64,000 nt of DNA from Octopus sinensis (Eukaryota): the NCBI RefSeq assembly GCF_006345805.1, contig NW_021831826.1, forward strand, positions 1 through 64,000. Reading direction: 5' to 3'. Of the stretch, positions 37,681 to 53,891 are shown piece by piece. Every line of letters starts with the position of its first letter. Positions within the stretch are counted from its first letter, which is position 1. The translations under genes and the position numbers were made by a program. Below the pieces are notes generated by a model. The model saw nothing but the letters and a program-made list of their open reading frames with translations. It did no database searches and was not told where the DNA came from.

Positions 37681-38404
37681 AGGCGCGGCTGTGTGGTAAG
37701 ACGCTTGCTTCCAGATCTGGTTTCGGGTTCAGTTCCACTGCGTGGCACACTGCGCACATGTCTTCTACCGTAGCCATTGGACTCTCAAAATCCTCAGGAG
37801 TGGATTTGGTAGATGGAAACGGAAAGAAGCCCGTCGTGACTATTCTTTTACTTGTTTCAGTCATTTGACTGCGGCCATGTTGGAGCTCCGCCTTTAGTCG
37901 AACAAATCGACCCTAAGACTTAATCTTTGTAAGCCTATTACTTTTTCTATCAGTTTCCTTTCCAGAACCGCTAGGTTACAGGGACGTAAGCACACCAACA
38001 TCGGTTGTCAAGGGATGGTGGAGGGACAAATATAGACACACAAATACACACACATAGGACGGGCTTATTTGTGTTTCCATCTATGAAATCCACTCAAAAG
38101 GCTTTGGTCGGCCCTAGGCTATAGTAGAAGACACTCAGCCAAGGTGTCTGGCAATGGGACTGAACCCGGAACCATGTGTTTCTTACTCTACGGACACTCC
38201 TATGCCTATATATGTCTGTCTGTATGTATCAGTGTGTGCGTGTGTCTCTGTGTACGGTGTGTCCCACCGCTTGACGGCCTGTGTTGGTGTGATTACATTC
38301 CGTTAACTTATCGGTTCACCAATATACTCCAATAAAATAAGTACAGGCTTAAAACATTAAGTACTGAGGTCAATTAGTTCGACTCAAAACTTCTCAAACC
38401 AGTG
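37681..38404. mobile_element. Nested inverted SINE-1 pair, U4
   Basis: Copy of 322-1021. Confidence 0.85.
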
Positions 38405-38783
38405 GCATCTCTATATATGCACATAATCCTTTCCAAGCCATTTTCGTTAAAGGAATTGTTCGTTACCCGAGTAATTGAAATACATACAAATAGAAGAAAT
38501 GTGTTCCATGCCCTCCCCAAAGCCACATAAAAGTGTATATTATACCTTAGCGTTGATACAAAAGAAAATCATGTAAAAGGCCGTATGTAATGTGACTGCT
38601 CAGTTTGGTTTACAACTAAAACACCGGCTGAAACAGAAAAATGTGGTGGAGAAATTGCGTATCAAAGGTGATATGAAGTGGTTGATCATTGAGCGGAGGG
38701 ACATAAATTATAACAGATAATGATCAAGCAAAATATTTAGCGTTATTCAAGAACATTCATTTTATAATTTATAATATAAGTGT

Positions 38784-39151
38784 GGGTGGAGGAGTAGCTG
38801 TTTAGTAAGTAGAGTGCTTACTAACCACATGGTTCGGGGTTCAGTCCCATTGCGTGGCGTCTTGGTAAATGCGTTTCTACTATAACCTCGGGCGACCAAA
38901 GCCTTGTTAGTGGATCTGGAAGACGGAAACTGAAAGAAGCCCATCATGAGGATGTGTGTGTGAGTTTGTGTGTCTGTGTTTGTCCCCGACCATCGCTTGA
39001 CAACCGATGTTGGTGAGTTTACGTCCCCGTAATTTAGTGGTTCAGCAAAGAAGACTCATAGAATAAGTACAAGGCTTACAAATAATAAGTTCGATTAAAA
39101 AGGTGGTGCTACAGCATGGCCGCAGTAAAATGGCTGAAACAAATAAAAGAA
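38784..39151 (+). mobile_element. SINE family 1, full length, U4
   Basis: Copy of 1403-1768. Confidence 0.85.
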
Positions 39152-39884
39152 CTGTGCAGAGTGGTTACAAGTATGCACAAAGTCTCTTATAGCTGTTTCT
39201 AGAATACTAAGCATGTTATTGAGTAAAGAATTCATCTGAGCAAATTATTCCGTTATTGAGAAAGAAGTAGAAAATGCAGAAATGCATAATATCCTTTATC
39301 GAGGATATTATTCGTTACCAGTCTTTTGGGAAACCATGGAGTTCCAGATAAATGTGTTTGGTATTTTCGTGATCGAAGAGTTAGTAAAGTTTCCAGGTAA
39401 GTCCCTGGCAAAGGATAATGGAAGTTAACAGTTGCATCTTTGAATAGAAAGTGAATCAGTTTTGTAAGGCCTTGGAAGAGTCTATTATTAGGCGAATGAG
39501 AAATACATGAGAGTATATAGAGATTAGTCTATATAGTGAGGGTGTGTTTGACTTGGGGGTTAAGGGGATGCATGTATACACATACATGCATACGGACAGA
39601 GACATACATATATACACACGCACTAACATATGCACACACAGACGCACACACACATACATGCAGTGGCATATCCCATTGATATACACGCAGTCAGATACAC
39701 ACAAATTACGCGGCCATACATACACATGCATACGTATGAGTTTAGAGATGGACAGATAATGTATGTTTGCACACACATACACACACACATACAAATTCTC
39801 GCATAGTCATCGTATATAAGTATAGAGAGTTAAATTAAATTAGGTCAGTAGAGGAGAGAGAGGAGAGGATTGTTTAGTAATTAA

Positions 39885-41402
39885 GGATGAGAAAAAGCAG
39901 ATGTATAAACACCTGTCGCCTCATTGTATATTTGACTACCAATGTGGGCCAGAGTGATTAAATCGCCAAACTGGAAATACACAGGACTGGATAGGGTACT
40001 AGGTTATTGGCTGAAAATTTCCCCATCACTACACAGAAGAATAGTTAAGCAAATATATAAACTATCAACAACGGAGTACAAATCCCAAAGAGGCTGACCA
40101 CATTAAAACAATTCTTTGCCAAAAGAATCCAACTAAGCAATACAGTGGATAATTGCCGCCGCCTATCACCTGTCTGCCCCTCATGTGGAAGTTGTTGAAA
40201 GGAATAAAATCTAATTAGGTGTATAATTTCCAGGAAATAAATTACAAAGAGCCAGTGGAACAGAAAGGGTACAGAAAGAGACAGTTACAGACTAATATGG
40301 TTTCAGAAAGGAAAATGAAACGGGAGACACAGTTTGTAAGCAACTGCACACGGTCAGGCATTCATAACTAACTAGATAAAAGCAAAATAGACATGATGCA
40401 ACACTCACGGATAAGTAAATGTTTGAGTATATTCAGTATTGCAGACAATACCAGAGACTTAATTAGTTACAGCAATAGTGCAAGAATCGGAAACAGGTGA
40501 CACTGCCTTAGGAATGTTAATATCGGGCGAGGAATTCTCCAGGGAGACACGTTATCCCCATTAATATATGTGTTATGCTTAACTGTCGTCAGTTTAGTAC
40601 TAAGAAAGGCAAAAGCAGGGTATCAGTTCAGAGATGATAAAGGGAATATTAATCATTTGCTCAAGATGGACGATTAGAAGCCTTTTGGTTCCTTAATACG
40701 AATTAGAAGACTCTGCAGCAAAGATATAGGCATGGAATTTGGCATAGATATGTGCGCAACATCAGTCATAAAAAAGGGACAGGTAGTCAGCAGTGAAGGC
40801 CAGATAGCAAGAGAGTAAAATCACTGAAGGAAGAGAATCATAAGTGCTTCGGAGTATTAGAATCTGACAGTGTACTAACAATAGAAATAAAAACAAAAAT
40901 AGATAAGGAGTACATCGGAAGGGTGAAGAAGCTAATGAAGGGAAAGCTAAGTTTTCTAAATCTAGTAAAATCTTTGGGAAGTATGGTTACTTCGGTTTTC
41001 AGCAGAATTTGTTGATTTGAAAAATCTGAATTACCAAAATCTAGACAGAAAACAAGGAAGGAATTCAATATGAATGGAGGACTTCAGCCTCGATTAGGAA
41101 GAGCAACAATGCACTTACTTAGAATAAGGAAGTGGAAGAGTTTAATATAACCAGAAGGTAGCGTAGAGTTAGCCAGAGTTGATGTATATAATAGTGAAGA
41201 AAATCTATGATTTGCAAGAGTTATAGTAGCAGATAGGAAAGAAAACGCCATATGAAATTAAAACCAGAAAAATAAGGGGAAAACTGACATGAGAATGTTT
41301 TGCATGGTCGATTGGCAAAGATAGTTGCAGGAAATAGTAATATTGAGACATGGTTATGGTTGCTGAAAGGAATCTGAAAAGGGAGACAGAGTTTCTAAGC
41401 AA
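39885..41402 (+). mobile_element. Old R4/Dong-clade fragment (U4)
   Basis: Copy of 2510-4002. Confidence 0.9.
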
Positions 41403-42312
41403 CATCTTGATAGTGAGTTCGGACTTATATTTCGGAGATATCTATGAAAATTAACATCCACATCATCTGATGTCATACAATAATTATTGTAGATGTAGGT
41501 TTCAGGACTAATGAATGCCTATTACTGGATCATTTGCGCTATCAGCCCTGTCGTAAGCATGTGAGACAATGATATTCCATTGTCTCACACCCTACCGTTT
41601 TAACAACGGAAAGAACACAACACACTTTGCGATGTAAGAAATCGACGGATGATCATAACCGAAACGCCTATGATCATATTCTTGTCATCAGTGAACAACA
41701 AGCATTCTTTACAAGCAACTGAAATATATTCTGGGAAACGAGGAAAATTCGTCGGGTTGCATTTTAGTAACTCGAGAGATGAGGTCGTATCTTTGAGCAG
41801 ATATGGCCATCCCAATAATCGATAAAAACAATGGTGTTTGTTTTAGAAAAGCGTCAAGTAGATAAGAATGGGTGTTGCCAGGACATATGAAAAATAAAAT
41901 TTTGGTAATATAATAGAAGTCGAGGACACATGAAACCGTGGTTAAGGGTGCTACACACGATAACAAGCTCGTGATTTCAAATACAGGACCGAGAGATGTA
42001 TGGCGCGCAAGACACTTCATCTCATGCTACACAGCGACTATTTCAACACTTGACGTGTAGGAATGGTGACTAGCTGGAAAATAGTTTTATTTTCCGGATA
42101 TTAAAGAATTTCAGCCAATCACATATATCAAGGGAAAATACTGCCACTCTCGTTTAAAAAAGAAAGGAGAATTATTACAACAGGGTATTTCATTCAGTAT
42201 GCTTATCGGATAGCACCTGGAACGTTGGACAAAATAGAATATTTAGATAGTGGATAAAATTGATTTAATTTCTGGTAAAAATCCAAACTGAAGTAATATT
42301 TGGAGCCGGCGT
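41403..42312 (-). pseudogene. Type-1 GPCR-like remnant, U4
   Basis: Copy of 4003-4917; ORF 41709-42020. Confidence 0.55.
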
Positions 42313-42758
42313 TATAAAGGTAAATAATTTTCTTACTTTTCTTTTAGATTTTACCTTTATATATACACACACATATATGATTTTATTTTTTCCCCTCTCT
42401 CTCTCATCTTTCTATAAATATGAGACTTAATAAATAACGTTGTTCCTGACGATCATTTATTGGGTCGGAGCATTTGGTTCCAAGCAACAATAACATAGCG
42501 GATCGGCAAAAGTGACCAATAAAATCACACAAAACATATATACATACACACACACACACACACACACACATTTATATATATATATATATACATATATACG
42601 AGGGGCTTCTTTCAGTTTCTGTTTACCAAATCACTCACAGGGCTTTGTCGACCCGAGGCTATAGTAAAAGACACTTGCCTAAAGTGCAACGCTGTGGGAC
42701 TGAACCAGGAACCATGTGATTGGTAAACAGGCTACTTACCACACAGACACTCCAAAGC

Positions 42759-42917
<159 letters not shown>

Positions 42918-42977
42918 CAAACGTACATAATGCACACATTCACATGCACAAACATGCACAGGTACACTTACAAACAC

Positions 42978-44293
42978 ATGAAAGGCAAAGGGGACTTCGG
43001 TGGGAAAGGAACTCAGAACGAATAGCCTACCGACAGAAACGCTGAAAAGCAATTTGTAAATTTGTGTACAGGCATTGTGTACAGGCATTGCCGACTATTT
43101 TGCTTGGATATTCTTGTTTAATATTATATTTTTAATTTAAGCTCTATACTTTTAACGTACAACTTATTTTTTCATTCGAAAGTCCTGCGGGGATGGGAAG
43201 GTGACGAAGCATTCAGATCTGAGGTGGTGGAAGCATGTATTTAGTGGTATACAAGTGTCCTATGTGTTTTTTGGTTCATGTGTAGTACTTAGCATTGAAT
43301 TCAGGGAAAACCCTGCTCACCTAGAGACCGAGACAATGCTATATAACTAAATGGATGGGAAGATGACAACTGGATGTCCTCTGATCATAGCTTTACTCAA
43401 TCAGGAAACATTGGCTTGTGACGCAGATATGTTTATATGTTTTCCATCAAACACCTGGAAATAGCTGCGAAATCTCTTTCCAATCACACCTCTTATTTTA
43501 CACAATGGAGGACATGGTTGCCAATGTTTGAATAAAAAATTAGTTGGTTATAGTTGGAATGCCTTTGTGCAAAATTACGATCAGTCAGGGCAAACAACAA
43601 CGTCGACAACAACACCCTAAGTAAAACACACACAAAAAAAAACAAAAAAATATGTACCTAAAATTGGCCTCGTTCTCAGGCTGTATCACCACATCAAACA
43701 ACGCAATTTTCTGCGTCAGACTTCTATCATTACATTATACAACGCCATATCGTTAGCTGACAAGAGACATCTCTTAGGAGTAACGCTCAGATCTTTTTCG
43801 GGATCCATGATATTCAATGGGTGTTGCTTCAGGAAACGCCTAGTAAATAAGAAGGATTTCTGGCATGCTGTCACGCCTACATATGTCATGTACCATGTTC
43901 AATAATATAATTGGTGTCCACGCTGCTAATGGTGCTGAATTCACGATAGCGAGATCTCGGTTTCAATTCTCGTAAAGGGACTTGTATTGCGTTCTTAAGC
44001 AAAACACCTCATCTCATATTACTTTGCGTCGTGTAGGAATGGTGAATTTCTGGAAATTCCGGATATTAAGTTCAGCGAATCCATACATCGACAGAAAATA
44101 CTGACACTGCCGTTAAAAACCCCACACATAACGGGTTATAACAAATGTGTACTTCGGTCAGTATTCTTATCCGATACAAGTCGCAAAATGATACAATAAA
44201 CTCTCATGAGGTAATAGAATATTCAGATAAGTGGATAAACCTTGTCTAATTTGTGTAAAAAATTAAAACTGAAGTCATATTTGGAGCCGGCAT
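42978..44293 (-). pseudogene. Type-2 remnant, U4
   Basis: Copy of 5457-6780; ATG at 44293. Confidence 0.55.
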
Positions 44294-44700
44294 TATCGAG
44301 GTGAATCAATTTTTGCTACTTTCCTGTTAAGATTTAAAATTAATATTTGTACACACACATATCTACGCTGGCGAAAGTAAATCTAAGACCGATGATAATA
44401 GTCCTACTTCTCACAAAATATTTTGTTACTAAGACCATACAAATTACCTCTATCTTTTACAACTTATGCAGAATTCATTTCTCTTTCGAATGATGCAGAC
44501 AATAACTATTTTTATACAACTTGAAGAATGCATGAAAGTACTTGTTCAATCAGAGTGGATATTTGATATTCTATCGCTTCATTATGTTATCTTATCTTAT
44601 CATATATATTATATAAGATTGTAAATAAATCATAAAATCAAAGTTGGAATTTCTTTCAGTAATATATTCTTCTATACACAATCATACACACCTGTGTATA

Positions 44701-44741
<41 letters not shown>

Positions 44742-44956
44742 GGTAAAAGAAAACGCAATAGTGGCCAATAAATGATTCGGACAGATAGACAATAGAAAGC
44801 GGACAGGAGAAAAACGATTAGAAGGACAGGCAAAATAGACGGCTCATTCGTGGCTTTCTTTCCTCAGTCAAGTCCCACAAGACACGACCAACTCGGGCAG
44901 TTACACTTGAGACGGTTCGATCTGTTTGCCCCCACTAAAAGTCTCTCTCTCTCCAC

Positions 44957-45037
<81 letters not shown>

Positions 45038-45568
45038 TCTGTGTGTGTGTGCGTGTGTGTGTGTGTGTTTTGTATGTGCGTGTATTCATTCGTCTTTTTC
45101 CTCCTCTCACCAATAAGGGGTTCACACCCGCCACCGACCTGCGCTACCCACCCCGTCTACTTCAGCTTGTCCGAATTTTTCATGCAACCATCAACTTATA
45201 TTTGTGAAAACGAGACATTTGCGTCGTTGAAAGTAAGCTTCACAAGTATCATAGCACTTGCAGACAATCACTAAAACAAGGAGCCACACCAAGTGGGAAA
45301 TTCCGTTTTAACCAGGGATATATGTACAATTGATCCGAGTATAAATTATTTGATAAACAATCCACTTGACAAACAGTAATTAAGTACACTTTCAATGTAA
45401 TTTTTAATACGGAATAAGCGGGATAAGAAGAAATAGGTGTAGCAGAGAGTCGCTGAGGAGATCACAGTATGTGAGACGGAAGAATTTATACTAATAGTAA
45501 TAATAATAATAATGATAAATATAATAATAATAATAATAATAATAACAACAACTACAACAATAATAACA

Positions 45569-46680
<1,112 letters not shown>

Positions 46681-46828
46681 CAATGTGTAGGAGAAATAAA
46701 ACAAAACACAGCATTACTAACTAATGGTTTTAACAATTGTTTTAACAAATTATAAAGTGAACGGCTTGGATAGTGTTTCATCTTTATGCGTGTTTCCTTG
46801 GATTGAGTCTGTGTAGGGGGGCATGTTT

Positions 46829-47548
46829 AGGCGCGGCTGTGTGGTAAGACGCTTGCTTCCAGACCTGGTTTCGGGTTCAGTTCCACTGCGTGGCACACTG
46901 CGCACATGTCTTCTCCTGTGGCCATTGGACTCTTCATAAGTGGACTTAGTAGATGGAAACTGAAAGAAGCCCATCGTGACTATTCTTTTACTTGTTTCAG
47001 TCATTTGACTGCGGCCATGTTGGAGCTCCGCCTTTAGTCGAACAAATCGACCCTAGGACTTAACCTTTGTAATCCTAGTACTTATTCTATCAGTTTATTT
47101 TCCAGAACCGCTATGTTACAGGGACGTAAGCACACCAACATCGGTTGTCAAATGATGGTGGAGGGACAAATATAGACACACAACAAATACACACACACAC
47201 ATACGACGGGCTTATTTGAGTTTCCATCTATGAAATCCACTCACAAGACTATGGTCGGCCCTTGGCTATAGTAGAATACACTCAGCCAAAATGTCTCGCA
47301 ACGGGACTGAACACGGAACCATGTGTTTCATACTCTACGGCCACTTCTATGTCTATATATGTCTGTCTGTATGTATCAGTGTGTGTGTCTTTGTGTCAGT
47401 GTTTGTCCCACCGCTTGATGACCTGTGTTTGTGTGTTTACGTTCCGGTAACTTAGCGGTTCACCAATATACTCCAATAAAAAAGTACAAGGCTTAAAAAA
47501 TGAAGTACAGAGGTCAATTAGTTCGACTCAAAACTTCTCAAACCAGTG
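46829..47548. mobile_element. Nested inverted SINE-1 pair, U5
   Basis: Copy of 322-1021. Confidence 0.85.
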
Positions 47549-47922
47549 CCATCTCTATATATAACACATAATCCTTTCCGAGCCATGTTCGTTAAAGGAA
47601 TTGTTCGTTACACGAGAAATTGAAATACGTACAAATAGAAGAAATCCGTTCATGCCACTCCCCAAAGCCACCAAAAGTATATATTATACCTTAGCGTTGA
47701 TACAATAGAAAATCATGTAAAGGTCGTATGTAGTGTGACTGCTCAGTTTGGTTTACCACTAAACACCGGCTTGAACAGAAAAATGTGGTGCAGAAATTGG
47801 GTATCATGGTTTTAAGGTGTGGTTGATCATTGAGCGGAGGGACATAAATTATAACAGATTAGGAGCAAGAAAAACATTTAGCCTTTTTCAAGAACATTCA
47901 TTTTATAATTTATAATATAAGT

Positions 47923-47965
<43 letters not shown>

Positions 47966-48824
47966 TGAGTTTTTGTGTCTATGTTTGTTCACCACCATCG
48001 CTTTACAACCGATGTTGGTGAGTTTACGTCCATGTAGATTAGTGTTTCAGCAAAGGAGACTCATAGAATAAGTACAAGTCTTATAAATAATAAGTTCGGT
48101 GAAAAAGGCATTGCTCCAGCATGGCTGCAGTGAAATGGCTGAAACAAATAAAAGAACTGTGCAGAGTGGTTACAAATATGCACAAAAAAAGGAAATGCAG
48201 AAATGCATAATATCCTTAATCGAGGATATTATTCGTTCCCAGTCTTTTGGGAAACCATGGAGTTCTCACATAAATGTGTTCTGGTATTTTCGTGATCGAA
48301 GAGTTAGTAAAGTTTCCAGGAAAGTCCCTGGCAAAGGATAATGGAAGTTATCAGTTGCATCTTTGAATAGAAAGTGAATCAGATTTGGAAGGCCTTGGAA
48401 GAGTCTATTATTGGCGAATGAGAAATATATGAGAGTATATAGAGATTAGTCTATATAGTGAAGGGGTGTTTGACTTGGGGTTTAAAGGATGAATGTATAC
48501 GCACACATACATACAGAGAGACATACACATACACACACACGCACTACATATGCAAACACACACACACACACACAGACACATATGCAGTGGCATATTCCTA
48601 TTGATATACACACAGTCAGATACACACACTTACGCGGCCATACGTACACATCCATACGTATGAGTTTAGAAATGGACAGATAAATGTCTGTTTGTACGCA
48701 CAGACACACCCTCATACAAATTCTCGCATAGTCATCGTAGATAATTATAGAGAGTTAAATTTAATTAAGTTATTAGAGGAGAGAGAGAGAAAGAGAGAGA
48801 GGAGAGTATTGTTTAGTAATTAAG

Positions 48825-50596
48825 GACGAGTAAAAGCAGATGTATAAACACCTGTCGCCTCATTGTATATTTGACTACCAATGTGGGCCAGAGTGATTAA
48901 ATCGCCAAACTGGAAATACCCAGGACCGGATAGCGTACAAGGTTATTGGCTGAAAATTTCCCCAGCAGTACACAGAAGAATAGCCAAGCAAATATATAAA
49001 ATGATCAACAACGTGGTACAAATCCCAAAGAGGCTGACCACAAGTAAAACAATTCTTTGCCAAAATAATCCCAACAAAGCAATGCAGTGGATAATCACCG
49101 GCCTATCACCTGTCTGCCCCATGTGGAAGCTGATGACAGGAATAATATCTAATTAGGTGTATGATTTCCTGGAAATAAATTACAAAGCACCAGTGGAACA
49201 GAAAGGGTACAGAAATATCCCAAGGGACACTTACAGACAAATATGGTTTCAGAACGAAAAATGAAAAGGGAGAAATTGTCTGTAAGCAACTGCACACGAT
49301 CAGGCATTCATAACTAACTACATAAAGCCAAAATAGACAAAAACCAGGCAAATTCCCAATGTAGAGACTTTTAACATGAATTCACACAGAAAACATTTAG
49401 AATCAACTGGACAACCAGAATTTGCTACCAGAAGAACTGAAATGTTTGCAGAAAGAAGGCTAGAGGAACGCACGATCTATTACACTCAGTGAAAGCAGTT
49501 CTAAAATAAAGAATGCAAACTTCAACAGTATAAAAATCATATGGCATGATTCAACACTCACGGATAAGTGAATATTTGAGTATATTCAGTGTTGCAGACA
49601 ACACAAGAGACTTAATTAGTTACAGCTATAGTGCAAAGAATTGGAAATTATATCTCTACTCAGGTGACACTGTCTTAGGAAAAGTTAATATCAGGTGAGG
49701 AATTCTCCAGGGAGACCCGTTATCTCCATTAATATTTGTGTTATGCTTAGCTGTCGTCAATTCAGTACTAAGAAATGCAAAGTCAGGGTATCAGTTTAGA
49801 GATGTTAAAAGAAATATTAATCATTTGCTCAAGATGGACGATTAGAATCTTTTTGGTTCCTTAATAGGAATTGTAAGGCGCTTAAGAAAAGATATAGGCA
49901 TGGAATTTGCCATAGATATGTGCGCATCATAAATCATAAAAAGGGGACAGGGAGTCAGCAGTGAAGGCCAGATAGCAGAAGTAAAAATCACTGAGGCAGA
50001 GAATCATAAGTGCTTCGGAGTATTAGAATCTGAGAGTGTACTAACAATGGAAATGAAAACAAAAATAGCTAAGGAGTACATCGGAAGGTTAAAGAAGCTA
50101 ATGAAGGGAAAGCGAAGGGTTCTAAATCTAGTAAAGGTTGTAAAAACTTTGGGAAGTGTCGTTACTTCGGTATTCAGCAGAATTTGTTGATTGGAAAAGA
50201 TCTGAATTAGCAAATCTAGACTGAAGAACTAGGAAGGAATTCAATATGAATACAGGACTTCAGCCTCGATTAGGAAGAGCAAGATTGCACTTACTTAGAA
50301 TAACGAAGGTGGAAGCGGTTTAATATCAGCAGAAAGTAGGGTAGAGTTAGCTAGAGTTGATATATATAATAATGAATAAAATTTATGAGTTGCAAGAGTT
50401 ACAGTAAGAGATAGGAAAGGAAAAAGCCAAATGAAATTAAAACAATAAAAAAAGTAGGAAGATAATCTAACTGACAAGAGAATGTATGGCAATGTCGATG
50501 GCAAAGATAGTTGCAGAAATAGTAATAGTGAGACTTGGTTATGGTTGCTGAAAGGAAGCTGAAGAGGGAGACAGAGTTTCTAAGCAAAAATTAATT
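48825..50596 (+). mobile_element. Old R4/Dong-clade fragment, longest allele (U5)
   Basis: Retains ~49394-49949, including GILQGDPLSP and NHLLKMDD, which U2, U3 and U6 lack. Confidence 0.9.
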
Positions 50597-51494
50597 GTAA
50601 GGTCGGACTTATATTTCGGAGAGATCTATGAAAATTAACATCCACATCATGTGATGTATTACATAATGATTGCAGGTGTAGGTTTCAGGACTAATGATTG
50701 TCCATTACCTGACGTTTGCGCTATCAGCCCTATCGTAAGCATTTGAGACAATGATATTCCATTGTCCCACACCCTACCGTCTTAACCACGGAAAGAACAC
50801 AACACACATTGCGATGTAAGTAAATCAACGGCATGATCATGGCCGAAACGCCTCTGATCATAGTCTTGTCATCATTGAACAACAAGCATTCTTTACAAAT
50901 AACTGAAATATATTCAGCGAAACGAGGAAAATTGGCCGGGTTTCCATTTTAGTAACTAGAGCGATGAGGTCATATTTTTGAGCAGATATCGCCATCCCAA
51001 TAATCGGTAAAAACAATGGCGTTTGTTTTAGAAAAGCGACAAGTAGATAAGAATATTCTGTGGGTGTTGTCAGGACATATGAAAAATGAAGTTTTGGTAA
51101 TATAATAGAAGTCGAGGACATGAAATCGTGATTAAGGTCGTGATTTCAGATCCTGGACGAGTGGTGTTTTGTGCGCAGAACAATTCATCTTATGTTGCAC
51201 AGCGACCATTTCAACACTCGACGTGTAGGAATGGTGACTAGCTGGAAAATGGATTTATTTTCCGGATATTAAAGAATTTCAGCCATCACATACATCAAGA
51301 AAAATACTGCCACTCTCGTTTTAAAAATAATTAGAGAATTATTACAACAGGGTATTTCATTCAGTATGCTTTTCGGATAGCACCTGGAAGGTTGAGACAA
51401 AAAACTTATATGAGGCAATAGAATATTCCGATAAGTGGATAAAACATTAATTTCTGTCAAAAATTCAAACCGAAGTCATATTTGGGGCCGGCTC
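50597..51494 (-). pseudogene. Type-1 GPCR-like remnant, U5
   Basis: ORF 50858-51121 contains YSYLLVAFLKQTPLFLPIIGMAISAQKYDLI. Confidence 0.55.
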
Positions 51495-51768
51495 TATAAA
51501 GGTAAATCAATTTTTTGTTACTTTTCTTTTAAGATTTAACATTTGTATCTACACACACATGTATATATGATTTATTTTTCCCCTCTCTCTCTATCTTTCT
51601 ATAACTATGCAAATTAATACAATTAAGTTGTTTCCTGACGATCATTTGTCGGTGAGATTTTGGTTCCAAGCAACCATAACGTTGTTACATGCACTTCAGA
51701 ATTATTATTCAAACATTTCTTTGTCCTGTTCATCTATATATAGACTTCTACATAAACACATATGCATA

Positions 51769-52222
51769 GGCGTGGCTGTGTGTAAGAAACATGCTTCACA
51801 AGCAGATAGTTCCAGGTTCAGTTTCACTGCATGGCAATTTGGGAAAGTGTCTTCTACTATAACCTCAGACCGACCAAAGCCTTACGAGTGGATTTGGTAG
51901 ACGGAAACCGAAAGAAGTGCGTTCTATATGTATCTATATATATTGAAGCATATATGTGTTTGTGTGTGTGTGTGTGAGTTTGTTTGTTTTGTATGTGTGT
52001 TTCTGTCTTTGCGACTATGTTTTGTTGCCCATTCATATCTTGACAGCAAGTTTTTTAAGGCCCTCCTTAACATTGCGGTTCGGCAAAAGCGGCCAATAAA
52101 ATAAGTACTTGGCTACAAAGATAAGCTCTGATGTCAATTTATTGGGCTTAAAGGCTTTTGATATGGTGCTCCAGCATGACCGTGGGCAAATGACTTCAAC
52201 ACGTAAAGGAATTTAAGAATAA
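51769..52222 (+). mobile_element. SINE family 1 in upstream module, U5
   Basis: Copy of 28216-28678. Confidence 0.8.
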
Positions 52223-52420
52223 AATACACCTTTATATGTGTGTGTGCGCATGCGTGTGTGTTATATATAAATGCGTATGAATATATAAATATGTACTTAT
52301 ATACCTATATATATATATGTGTGTGTGTGTCTGTGTGTGAGTGTTTTGCCTCGTACACATGTGCATGATTTCCAACACACATGTAGACACACGCTCACAT
52401 ATACATTCATATATATATAT

Positions 52421-52462
<42 letters not shown>

Positions 52463-52664
52463 TATACAATAATTTTTATATATATATATATACATATATA
52501 TATTTATATATATATATACGTATATTATAATTATATATATATTAATATATATATTTATATATATATATATATATTCCAAACGAAAAACATACACACACTC
52601 ATATGCGCACACATTCATACACACACACATATTTGTGCGTGTTTGTTTATGTATATATATCCTC

Positions 52665-52887
52665 ATGCATCTTTATATAACCATACATGATTACGTATGA
52701 CCCCGCGTAGAAATTCTTCGTCCTAAAGTCCTAGATTGCCGCCTATAAAGTGGTTTCTGGGTTAGGTAGATTGCCAGTGGTTGTGTTTTGTGGGGGAATT
52801 GGACAGTCGACTAATTGGACTTCAGCACCTCTGAGAAATGAAAGGCAAATGGTAGTTCAACAGGAAAGGAAATCAGAATGCGAATAG
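52665..52887 (-). pseudogene. Type-2-like C-terminal fragment, U5
   Basis: Copy of 29325-29550. Confidence 0.5.
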
Positions 52888-53148
52888 ATAAATCGAGTTT
52901 TGTTATTTTTCTTTTAAGATTTAACATTTATATATACACACACATATATATGATTTATTTTTCCATCTCTCTCTATCTTTCTATAACTATGCAACTTATA
53001 GAATAACGTTGTTCCTGACAGTCATTTGTCGGTGAGCATTTGTTCCAAGCACCATAACGTTGTTACACCGCACGTAAGAAATATTAGTTAAACATTTGAT
53101 TGTCCTCTTCATCCTGTTTATAGACGTCTACATAAACACACATGCATA

Positions 53149-53633
53149 GGCGTGGCTATGTGGCAAGAAGCTTGCTCCGCAAGCACATAGATCCAGGTTT
53201 CGTTTCCCTGCTTGGCACCTGGGAAAGTGTCTTCTACTACTAACCTCGGGCCGAGCAAAAGACTTGTGAGTGGGTTTAGTAGACGGACCCGAAGGAAATC
53301 CGTTATATATATATTATATATATACATATGTGTGTGTGAGTGTGTCTGTGAGTGTATGTGTGGTGCGCGCGCGTGGTGTGTGTGTGGGTGTTTACCTGTG
53401 TGCGTGTGTGTCTGTGTGACTATGTTTGCTACCCGTTCACAGCTTGAGAGCAGTTCTTTTACTCCCGCCTTAACATAGTTGTTCGGCAAAAGCGTTCAAA
53501 AAAATATGTACCAGGCTTACAAAAACTAAGCCCAACTGTAAATTTCTTCGGCTCTTCGGCTTAAACGCTTTTCAGGTGGTACTCCAGCAAGGCCGCAGTC
53601 AAATGACTTAAACAAGTAAAAGAATAAAGAAGA
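53149..53633 (+). mobile_element. SINE family 1 in second upstream module, U5
   Basis: Copy of 29814-30290. Confidence 0.8.
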
Positions 53634-53827
53634 GAATACACTATTTTTATATGTGTGTTAATCTCTGAATGCGTATGAGTATTTTTATATATATATATAT
53701 ACAATATTGTGATCGTGTGCGTGTGTGTGTATGTGCATGTGTGTGTGTATGTTAAAAGCCGAACACTTGTGCATGTACTCCACACACAGATGCACATAGA
53801 CGCCCACATATACAATAATATATATAC

Positions 53828-53883
<56 letters not shown>

Positions 53884-53891
53884 ATACGCGA

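Noticed and set aside
41600-41815. Cys-loop or chemotactile-receptor-like reading KCNPTNFPRFPEYISVAC
   Set aside because: Cys spacing is 15, not 13; it depends on a frameshift private to U4; and no other ligand-gated-channel motifs are present.
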